DNA of 64,000 nucleotides from Crocinitomicaceae bacterium. GTDB taxonomy: Bacteria > Bacteroidota > Bacteroidia > Flavobacteriales_D > Crocinitomicaceae. Numbering within the stretch: position 1 is the first letter of the stretch; every line of letters begins with the position of its first letter. Below the pieces are notes generated by a model, which was not told where the DNA came from, ran no database searches, and saw only the letters and a program-made list of their open reading frames with translations. Shown piece by piece: positions 1 to 9,900 of the stretch. A program made the translations under genes and the position numbers. The stretch spans positions 8,380 through 72,379 of the forward strand of contig JBDNIA010000124.1 in the NCBI GenBank assembly GCA_041688525.1. The letters run 5' to 3'.

Positions 1-2189
1 CTTGCTAATGGTGCAGCAAGATCAAGACTTATAGTCGAACCATCAAGTTCAAAAATTTCATCTTCAAATGTAGTGTCATAACTATCCCACGTGTCTTCGT
101 ACCATCCATCTGCATCCCATCCACGGCCGGGGCCGAAGCCAAAGCTCTTAACTTCAACACCGCCGTAATCTAACCCAGTCATAAGTTGATTTAGATCCTT
201 GCCTGTCATTCCAACTGTTGGAGTATAATAATTATTAATTCTGTCTTGTGCTTGCATTAAGCTAACAGTTTTTTTATACTCAACTCTTATTGATTTGCCG
301 TTAGCCTGAGCTTCAGTAAACGAGATTTGTCCGTAATATCGATCATACCCTTTAGTAGTATCAAGTAAATTACTATAGGTATATTCACTGTTTAATGCTT
401 CTTGAGTATTAACGTATACATTTATAGTCGACCTTGATAAGTCCATTGGCCATACTAAGTTAAACTCATACTTGTTGCCACTTGCTGTAAATGTTTCTGT
501 TTGACTTATTATTGTATAAACATATGTTCCTGTAGTTCTATCAAACTTAACAGTAGAATGTATTCCTCTAACTAGTCCATTGCCTATTTGTACACTATAT
601 GTTGCTTCTTCTCCGCCATCGACGATATTGTTTAGTGCTGACACTGTAGGAGCACTGTAGTATCCGCTACCTGCATTAACTACATCAACTTTAGTTACTT
701 TGCCGTTGGTTCCGATGTGTGCTTTTAACACGGCGCCTCCGCTGCCGCTTAATGTTAATTCAGGCGAACTTCTATATCCGCTACCCTGGTTTACTACTTT
801 AACACTTGTAATTTTGTAACCGTTGTTATCTAACCAATTTTTATTTGGATAAGTTTCAACGTCAGCGTTGACACCAATTAATACACCATCTTGCACTTTA
901 ATGGACTGCGGAACAATGTTACCTTCAACTACATTGTATGACGGTGGCAAGTCAAAGTCAGTAACAACTGTACTTGTATTATCAAGACCTTCGTATGCAC
1001 TTAGATATTCTCTAATTTTAGTACCGAACGGTTTAACTTCTTTAATATAGGCTTCATAACTTGGAAGGTTATCGTTATTAAAAGTAATATCTTCTCTTAA
1101 CATTCCAACATTATGTTTTGCTTTAATAAAGCTAGTTTTGAATGCCCAATCGATATATGTTTGTTCACTAAATGCATATCTTAGACCTGCAAAGAATAAT
1201 GCATTAAAACTAACTAATAGTTCGTCAATAAACAAATCATCTTTAATTGATGTTAATATAGTTCTAAGTTCAATTACCGGTTCACTATCATAAATTTTAG
1301 TATCAAAACTTATAGTATCAAAACCTGTAGAAGATTCAACAGTATCATATAGTGTAGATTTAAACTGTATTGTACCGTCTTGTCTACCAACAGTGTTGTA
1401 ATTAACAGTGTAATCGCTAGTATTTTGATCATCTACTTTTTCTAATAATAACCAACCCCCTGTACCAACTGTTGATATCTTTACAACATCGCCAATGGTA
1501 TCGTCTAATGCAGTCAATTCATAGCTATTGTCAATTAGATAATCAATCTCAGTTAATGCACTGTAACTAGTTGCATACCAATCTGCATAATCCCAATACA
1601 GTCTTACATTATAACTTTGACTTTGAATTCTATTCCAAGTTCTAGTTTCACTAATTCTTTCGTATAGTGCCCATTTACCTTGTATAGCACTATCGCTATT
1701 AACTAAAACTGTAAATCTTCTTACAGTTAGTGTAGGATTAGTATTATAGTATTCACCTGGTTCTACAACCGTAACTTCAGTAATTCTACCTAGGGCATCA
1801 ATTGTAGTCTGGAACTCTGCTCCTGTACCGGCGCCTGCAACTGTTACAGTTGGAGGCACTCTATAACCCCTACCCGGATTTACAATATCTACTCTTACAA
1901 TCTTACCGTCTACAACTACAGGAGACACTATAGCTTGTGTTGCTTTTGCAACACCTATAAATGCTAAATCATCTATTGTATCTACAGTTGCATCCCATAT
2001 GTTAGTTACTTTTCCCGGTGCTGGATCCGCATTAAACAATGTAGTAAAGATCTTATCATCTACAATTAAGTTTTCTTTAAGGATAAGATTAGTGCGTTCA
2101 ATGAATTGTTTTAAAGCTTCATAACGATTTGCAAACCAACTCTGTCTTGGTCTATTTAAAGAACCGTATTTTTGTCTTAGGCTTAACAT
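1..2189 (-). CDS. Fibre/baseplate-associated virion structural protein, N-terminal >729 aa (ORF continues past the left edge)
   Basis: Not in the ORF track because no stop lies inside the window. Hand translation of the minus strand from ATG 2189-2187 (MLSLRQKYGSLNRPRQSWFANRYEALKQF...) reads 729 codons to position 1 without a stop. It carries three 'V.V.N.G.GY...P.V' modules (VDIVNPGRGYRVPPTVTV, VKVVNQGSGYRSSPELTL, VDVVNAGSGYYSAPTVSA). Similar modules recur near the C-termini of the giant ORFs at 49483 and 55574. Confidence 0.75.
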   Translation of the reverse strand, partial: MLSLRQKYGSLNRPRQSWFANRYEALKQFIERTNLILKENLIVDDKIFTTLFNADPAPGKVTNIWDATVDTIDDLAFIGVAKATQAIVSPVVVDGKIVRVDIVNPGRGYRVPPTVTVAGAGTGAEFQTTIDALGRITEVTVVEPGEYYNTNPTLTVRRFTVLVNSDSAIQGKWALYERISETRTWNRIQSQSYNVRLYWDYADWYATSYSALTEIDYLIDNSYELTALDDTIGDVVKISTVGTGGWLLLEKVDDQNTSDYTVNYNTVGRQDGTIQFKSTLYDTVESSTGFDTISFDTKIYDSEPVIELRTILTSIKDDLFIDELLVSFNALFFAGLRYAFSEQTYIDWAFKTSFIKAKHNVGMLREDITFNNDNLPSYEAYIKEVKPFGTKIREYLSAYEGLDNTSTVVTDFDLPPSYNVVEGNIVPQSIKVQDGVLIGVNADVETYPNKNWLDNNGYKITSVKVVNQGSGYRSSPELTLSGSGGAVLKAHIGTNGKVTKVDVVNAGSGYYSAPTVSALNNIVDGGEEATYSVQIGNGLVRGIHSTVKFDRTTGTYVYTIISQTETFTASGNKYEFNLVWPMDLSRSTINVYVNTQEALNSEYTYSNLLDTTKGYDRYYGQISFTEAQANGKSIRVEYKKTVSLMQAQDRINNYYTPTVGMTGKDLNQLMTGLDYGGVEVKSFGFGPGRGWDADGWYEDTWDSYDTTFEDEIFELDGSTISLDLAAPLA

Positions 2190-2213
2190 CGGATCAGGGA
2201 CTACGCGATTTTG

Positions 2214-3848
2214 TTAATCGTATCCAACTAAGCTGTCGTACCATTTTCTAATAATATCTCTGTTAGGTTGACTTGTTTCAAGGCCTTCAGATATAATTTG
2301 ATATTGTGTATGAACATTTTGATCTTGATTTTGAATTGTCCAGAATTGCGTACTTAATGCTACGTCAGTACCTTTGATATATCCTTCTACATTATAGAGT
2401 ACAAAACTGCTTGGACTAATTAATCCAGCAAATGTATATCCTTTAGCAACAGGGTCAGCAATGTAATCTGCTACATCGCTAATGTTAATTTTTCTAAATT
2501 CTACATCGGGTGTAATCTTTTTGTTAGCTACCCAGAAATAATAAGTTGTTTTAAACGTACCTGCTATACTGTCGTATTTGCGCTTAGTGCTGTATGCACT
2601 GTCACTGTGTAGACTAGTTCCGCTATAGCCTTTTGCAAATCCGTTTTCAGTATCTGCTGCTGCATCCCACACACTAGGTAATACATCAGACTCTACCCAT
2701 TCGTATACATCAATAGTGCTACCTTGAAATACTTTAGTCCAATTTTGTGTGCTATAAATCACATTACCTTGATACGGATTATAGAATTTAGCATTAGTTA
2801 AATTCCACCATACTTCGCCAATATGGTCACTACCCCAGCTATTAGTTACATCAACAGTAGTTCCTCCAATTAGCGAAGTATCATATAATGCAGGATCATA
2901 ATAAGTTTTAAATGTCAACTCTTGTTCAGCAACACCTGCTACTTTTCCTTGAATTGGATCAATATAATCGATATATGTTAATAATTCATTTTCCTTTGTA
3001 TTGTAAAGGAACATCTTTTTAATCTTGTTAATATCAACTGTAGGTTTGGCAGCTCTATGAGTTGTCCACATAGTTGATAACTTGCTATTAGAAAAGTCTA
3101 TTACTTGGCCAGTATAAATGCCAGAAACTTTGGTTGGTAACCCAACATACAAGTGATTGTTTTTAGCAAGAATATTTCTACCAAAGTAGTTTACATCACT
3201 ATCTGGTATTTGTATTGTTTGTGCAAATAATAATTCCGACTCTATCTTTTCGTAAACGTATACAACTCCCACATCTTTATTAACTGTTTTAAAATCTGTA
3301 AAGCCGCTATCAAACACAGTAGTAAATGCGTCAAAGTACGTTTTAGTTTTTGAATCTGCACTTCTAGATGAAACGTGTAATTTTTCTCCGTCAAATTCTA
3401 CTTTCCAACCAAACATTTCAGCTCTCTCATTATTAGGACTGCTTAATGTTTGTGATTGAACAAATACTCCGTCAACTTGTTTATAGATATAGACAATGCC
3501 CTGATCTGCTTTGTAGTCGTCATTTAAAGGAGCGCTAATTGCAATTAACATTCCGTCAGTTGAGATTGACACTGAATACCCAAATGCCGATGTTTTATCA
3601 GGTGCATCTATTTCTTGCGATTTTTCAAAATGTCCTTTATTAGATCTATAAACTACTATTTGATTAGGCGACGTAACATCATATAATGCATTAACAACTA
3701 ATACTTCTCCAGAAGTTGCAATATCAAATTGCGAACCAAATTCCTCAAGGCCAGTTTGATTTAATATAGTAAGTGTACTGTCGTCGCCTACACTAAGTCC
3801 AGTTGAGTTAGGAATAAATCCAACGTAATCAACTAAATCGCTTGTCAA
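2214..3848 (-). CDS. FG-GAP-repeat (beta-propeller-like) structural protein; probably the C-terminal continuation of the upstream 2852-aa ORF
   Basis: 544-aa ORF whose only start is a TTG with no Shine-Dalgarno; the first ATG is about 100 codons in. FG-GAP-like blades are present: AFGYSVSISTDGMLIAISAPLNDDYKADQGIVYIY, MFGWKVEFDGEKLHVSS, YFGRNILAKNNHLYVGLP. Its reading frame is open upstream to 3926 and completes a repeat unit begun in the previous ORF (see findings). Confidence 0.7.
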   Translation of the reverse strand: MTSDLVDYVGFIPNSTGLSVGDDSTLTILNQTGLEEFGSQFDIATSGEVLVVNALYDVTSPNQIVVYRSNKGHFEKSQEIDAPDKTSAFGYSVSISTDGMLIAISAPLNDDYKADQGIVYIYKQVDGVFVQSQTLSSPNNERAEMFGWKVEFDGEKLHVSSRSADSKTKTYFDAFTTVFDSGFTDFKTVNKDVGVVYVYEKIESELLFAQTIQIPDSDVNYFGRNILAKNNHLYVGLPTKVSGIYTGQVIDFSNSKLSTMWTTHRAAKPTVDINKIKKMFLYNTKENELLTYIDYIDPIQGKVAGVAEQELTFKTYYDPALYDTSLIGGTTVDVTNSWGSDHIGEVWWNLTNAKFYNPYQGNVIYSTQNWTKVFQGSTIDVYEWVESDVLPSVWDAAADTENGFAKGYSGTSLHSDSAYSTKRKYDSIAGTFKTTYYFWVANKKITPDVEFRKINISDVADYIADPVAKGYTFAGLISPSSFVLYNVEGYIKGTDVALSTQFWTIQNQDQNVHTQYQIISEGLETSQPNRDIIRKWYDSLVGYD

Positions 3849-3913
3849 ATTCCAATCGTTAAAATTAAATGCTCCAGCGGCAATATTAGTTTTTGCAACA
3901 TATAGATCATTAC

Positions 3914-6900
3914 TTAGATAACAATGTCATTAGTAAAATAATTAAGACCTTGGCTAAATGTACCTTTAAAGTTTTTATTCTTTGCATAGTCCCAATTATA
4001 AGTTAGACTATTTTCTTCACCCTTTTTAATGAAATACAATCTACCCGGTAAGCTAGATGTTTTAGATCCTTCAGCGTGAACAAATCCTCTGTAAAGATTT
4101 CCGTTTTTAGTAATTTTTATAGAACTACCAAGTTTAAAGTTTGCCTGTTTTTCAGGAACTGTGTAACTAGCTATACGATCGTATCTACCCGGTGCAGCTT
4201 TAGAATATATAGTATAAAGACCTTCATTAGCTAGTCCGCTTGAAGTTCCCGTTGTTTCAGCTGGAATCTGATATACTTGTGTCCATTCGTTGTTAACTGC
4301 ACTTGGAGAATTTGCAAGTCGAGGTATCCCTGACACAGTTGCAGTTGTATAAAACCAATATTCTATATCTAATAAACTAGATGATAGTGTTAGTGGTATA
4401 GTTGTTGGAGCTTCAAACACTAAAAGTTTGCCAATACCTTCGCTAGGTAAACCTAGGCTAACATATTGTATCTGTCCCATTGTTCTGTTGGCTTGATAAG
4501 TTGGACTAGGATCTCCAGGAATTAGGTTAAATCTAATTTCAGCATTTTGTCCATACACATCGCCTTCAGACCAAGTGCCTGTTAAACTCTTAATGAATAC
4601 AGTTACATTAAGGCCTTTTCGTTGGTAGAATGCAACTACGCCAGTAGCGCCGGTTGTTAAGTCTGCTACAGTCTGTCCTACTTTAGGTTCAAATGGATTG
4701 CCAGCAGCATCAAACTTTGTGTAGTTGAAGTTTATATAACCGTCCCATACATCATAAATTATCTGAGTAGCATTAGTAGTTGATGTTGATAATCCAATAG
4801 CTGTCAGGTCTCTAATAATACTAGTACCGTATTGAGGTAGTTGATTAACATATAACTCAATATTGTATCCTTGAACAAATGCATCACTGATTGCTTTAGG
4901 AGCTCTAACTACATACAAGTTACTTAAGAACGGCGAGGTAGAACCATATGCACCTGGTAAACCTTGATAACTTAATTTTTGTATATAAGCATTATATGTA
5001 TTTTGACTGCTAGTTGTAGCAGTGTTATAATCTAATGAATTATAGAATACTGTAGAAGCGTGTGCTATATCTGTAATAACATCGTAAAATACTAAACCTC
5101 TACCTTGATCTGTATTTTCAGTAATAGCCGTTGGTGTATAACTAGGAGTATCAATATACCAGAAGCCGCCCAGTTGTGTGCTAGTATCAATACTATCACT
5201 CGGACCTTGTAAAATATACTCACCAATAAAGTCACCGTCGTTACGGAATAAACTATCAGTACTGCTAAATGTACCATTAACGCCTGTTAAGTACATTACT
5301 ACTTCCGCACCTACATTAAAAATATAATCAACTGTTCCGAGAGCAGTTTGAGTTTGCAGTATGTCGCCTAATTCTGGTTGAACAGTTGACGATCTAACAT
5401 ATAACACTACATCAATTTTCTTTTGAATTGTGTGAGTTTGTTCTATAAATGCTGCATCAATCACTGCAAACGATCCGTTAAACGGTGAACGAGATGCAAG
5501 TGCTGCTAATCCTTGATTAGAGTATGTTGTTTGATTCCAGGCAAGTTTAATTTGATTGCCTACTCCGCTACCATCATACTGCGCTAAGGGTGCTCTAATT
5601 AATAGATGTGTTACTGGCTGGTTTAAAAATGCTAAGGATGCTTCATTAGGATCTATTGCATAATTTCCAACAAGTAATGTTGGTATAGATTCTGTACTAG
5701 TATTTTCTATATTTAATACATCAACAATATATGTTATAGAATTAAAACTATTAAACTGAATACTTGCTTCTTCACCTTCTATATCAACTAATGATTTCCA
5801 TAATTGTTGATCTTTAGCAACAATTGAACCTTTGCCGTAATCACTGCCAGGAACAAACGTACCGGCATATTTTGTTTTAACATTTGACGCATTTGGTGAT
5901 CCAACAATTACATATGCTCCGTCTGGACTAACTGCAACTGCCGCGCCAAATTGTTCTAAATCATTACCAAACTTAAAGGGTTCGATAACTTGTGTTTGTA
6001 CAAAGTTTATTGAATCAGTGGCACGAGAATAAACATAAACTTTTCCGTCGCCCTGGTCTGGGGCTCCGACAATCAGTGTGGTATTTCTATCATCAACACT
6101 CATCGCAGTACCAAATGATACATCTGACGATGTTGATGGTTTTGTTAATCTTAATTGCTCTGTAAATAAGTTTTCATTCTTAAGTACTGACCATTTACCT
6201 AGACCACTAACATTATCAATCCATAGATAATCATTGGTGTCAAGATTTTGTTGTAATATAGTATTTGCTGAGGAAATATTAGCAGCACGCACTTTTAAGA
6301 AACACGTAATAGAACCTACACATTTAGTAATTTCTGTTTGTACAGTGGGTGTGAGCAAAGTAATAACATTTTTATCTACAGCAGATACAACATAGAAGCC
6401 ATCTAAATCAAATTTTTCTGTAGTTGATGCTGCTGTAGAATCCTCAGCAATATATTCTACATAGTTACTAAAACTATGTAATCCAATTACATCATCAACT
6501 TCAATGTCAGTAACGTTAGTTGTAAGCGTTAGAGTAAACGAAGTAGTTCCAGCTGAAACTGCTTCAACTTCATAATCAGTGTCAACATGTTTATATACAC
6601 CCCAATCAAGATTATCATTTCCAACCCAGATATAATCAGTTATTTTAACATCTACAAAATTAAAATCAGCAATATTAGCATAACTTGTTGCAATACCACG
6701 AACATCTTCAGGATTTACATATCCTGCATTTTTTACATAACTTGTATCTACATACTTTTCAGGGAAAGGTTTATGGTTGTAGTTAGGAGTTTTTTGGTAA
6801 ACTTCATAAGGGAGTATTCTGTAGACTAGATCAGTTTCTGTTCCGGTTGTACTTGTTACTAAGTCAATTGGCTGAGGAGTTAATCTAAATTTACTTTCAT

Positions 6901-9900
6901 CAAGTAATAATTCATATTCTTCAAACCCATCACTTGCGCCGTATTGGCCGTCACGGATTGCCCATTCTTCGTAAAACTCTAAACTATCTTTATCAGCACT
7001 ACTTAATACATCAAATAGTTTTGTTAATGCATTTTTAGTACCTTTGTCCTGTATCATACCTTGATAAAATTTATACTGACTCACATCATCATTAATAATA
7101 TTTTCAAGGTATTGACGTTTCTGATAACCGATTAAGTGTTGCGCCATGCGCTGTTGCTCAGTATCAAAATTGTCTGAATCTAAGTCATAAAAATCTGCAA
7201 ACTGATTAGTTTTGTATTCAAAGTTTGCATATAGTCCTGCTTCGGGTTTTTCGTTTAAGCGATTCCAGTCATTTGCATCAAAAGATTCTGCCCCAGATAA
7301 TTTAGTAGATGCACTGTAGTAAAACTCTTTATATTTTACAATACTACCAATTGCATAATCCGTCCAAGACTCCCAAGTTGTTGCCTTAGCATCATCATAT
7401 ATAAATCCGGGAATATTTAAACTGCCGTCCCATTCTTGAGTAACATATCCAAGAACTTTAATTCTTTCCTGTCTGTAACCCGGTTGTGTATCATAAATGA
7501 TATCACCAAATACAGTCTTATTATCAATCAATAACACATGCTCTTTTTGTACAAGAGGAAGTTTAACAGCAAACACACCGTCGGCGGTATTTCTTGGACG
7601 AATAATAAACTCGTTAGGCGAACGTCCTAATGTTGAAAATTCCTGTACTAATTTTGTACCGTCTGATTGAAGCAAACTGTATCCGTAGAAACTATCAAAG
7701 ATATTATCTACCATTGAATACTCTGATACAAATTTTAATTGTGTAGCTGCTGGGCTTAATGTAATAACACTGCCTTCGCCCCAGTTTTGTGTAGTCCAGA
7801 ATAAGAATTCATTTACACTGTGGCGCCAGTTTAATACAACCTTTGCATCGCCTTCGTAGTAATCAAATACAAATCCTTGGTCCATTAAGTACTCACCGTA
7901 GCCTAATAGAAAGTCGACTACGTCTTGGATAGTAACAAATAATTGTCCGTAATCTGCTTCAAGAACAATATTTTTATTAAACTTTCTTCTTACAAATGCA
8001 GTTCTGCCGCCAATTAACGGTAGCGCAGGTAGTTTAACAAGATTAGTTGTATCAAAATCTGTACTGCTTATAAAGTTAGATTTTACTCTATAATATGCAC
8101 CCTGGTATTCAATATTTTGTCCGGCAACATATTGTTTGCCGCTATCCCATATTAAGTAACTTTCACTAATTCCGCCAATGTTAATACTAGGATCTGATTG
8201 TGTAGATATTGCTGCATAATAATTAAAAGATGCAATTTCAGTATCATACCCGTTAATCACGTAGCCGTCACTTCTGCGCTCTACAATGACACCACTGTAA
8301 GAAACAGTTTTAATAGGAGTACTTGTGTTTAAGAATATTTTATAGTTTTCATCTGGAACAAATACATTGCCCTCATTTAACGGTGTGCGACTATCTAATA
8401 TTAATCTAAACTTGTCCTTATCAGTAAATCCTGCTAGCTTGTATCCTAACTGATTTTTAATAGTTCTAATGTTTGATTTGTAGGCAGTGTACGATGTTGT
8501 TATATCAGCTGCCATATAATTTGCAATATAGTTTACAACACCACTAGTATAAACTTGAACTGTGTCTTCATATGTATTTGGAAATACAATATCAGATAAT
8601 TTTATTCTAGTATTTGTTTTAGCATATATTAAATCGCCTGAAATGTTTCTTACTTGATTAATTCTATCAAACCCAGTAGCAAATAGCATATGTGGTTTGT
8701 TAATTGCAAATGCGGTAATAACACTAAACGGATATTGGCTACTTGCTCTCCAAGCACTTTCAATAGGGGCGCCATCGCCGAATACAAAACTTTCATCTAA
8801 CAATTGGTTATCAAAATAATTGATATAGCCTGACTCAATAGGAGATAATAAATTACCTTCACTATTAACCGGCAAGTGGTTAGTTAACCCTGGACGTTTA
8901 TAATTATTAAGTATTTTATATTTTACGCCAGGTTGTCTTACAATACCTGCTTCGATATCTTGCCATAAAAGCAAGTTCTCTTTGGTGTAGGGAGCAGGGC
9001 CGTACTGTGTTTCCCACCACGTAGGCATAACTGTAAACCCAAGCATTTCCCAAGGGTGTGTATGCGGGCGATCAGTATCGTAGGCTTGCTGGTAAATCTG
9101 TCTCCAGAAGCCCGGTAATACCGCACCAGTAGGACCAGTACTACCTGCGTAGTTAAATGTAAACGAGTTAGCTCTATCAAAGAAATTATGTAATGTGTAA
9201 TCTTGGTCAATTAGTTTTGTCCACTGCAAAAAGTCAGCTAGTATTACTCTATCAATTTGACGTTTACTAACTGCTGTATTTCTGTAGTCACCGCCGATAA
9301 GACTATGTATGTTTAAGAAATTAGTATCGTATCCTACTTTAATGTTATTAAAAATTCTTTTTTCAAGTTCTAGTAATAAGTCATCTCTATAATCATCAAA
9401 CGCTGCAATCTTACTACCGTCGTGTCCTTGAATAATATATCTCGGAGTTTGGTAGGTATCGTCTAAGTATTTTGCAGGCTCGTATGAAGGATACAGGCCT
9501 AGCTTGCTTGGCGTAGGTGGAACGTAACTGCCGTTAGTAGTTTCATATTCATATATATCAACTATATCATCAGGCTGTTTAGCCGCTGTAATTAAAACAT
9601 AACCTTCAGTGTTAAACGTATAATCTCTACCTTGAACTAATTGTACTTCATTTAAGTATACTTGCACTGCTATTCTTGAAGGTGTACTTAATGAAAATGC
9701 TGTTGACAACGGGTAATACAATTCGTCGGCATCAATTACGGCAGTAGTTAGTTTCTTAGTTGCACCGGTAGGAATCATGTCACTAAAGAAAAACGGTTGT
9801 GTAGAAGTTTTATCTTTATTAATTTCTGTTAGAATTGCATCTACATGTGATTTAATAGTACCGCTAAAACTTATATCTTCTGCTGTCTGTAAGAATAATC

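Noticed and set aside
868-1050. 60-aa plus-strand ORF near the left edge.
   Set aside because: It is embedded antisense within the continuous >729-codon minus-strand structural ORF (1..2189).
3905-3925. Programmed ribosomal frameshifting as the explanation for the 2852-aa / 544-aa junction.
   Set aside because: There is no X_XXY_YYZ or other slippery sequence in GAC ATT GTT ATC TAA. The geometry fits a simple 1-nt deletion in a codon, so mutation or sequencing error is more parsimonious. It is reported as a finding, but not as recoding.
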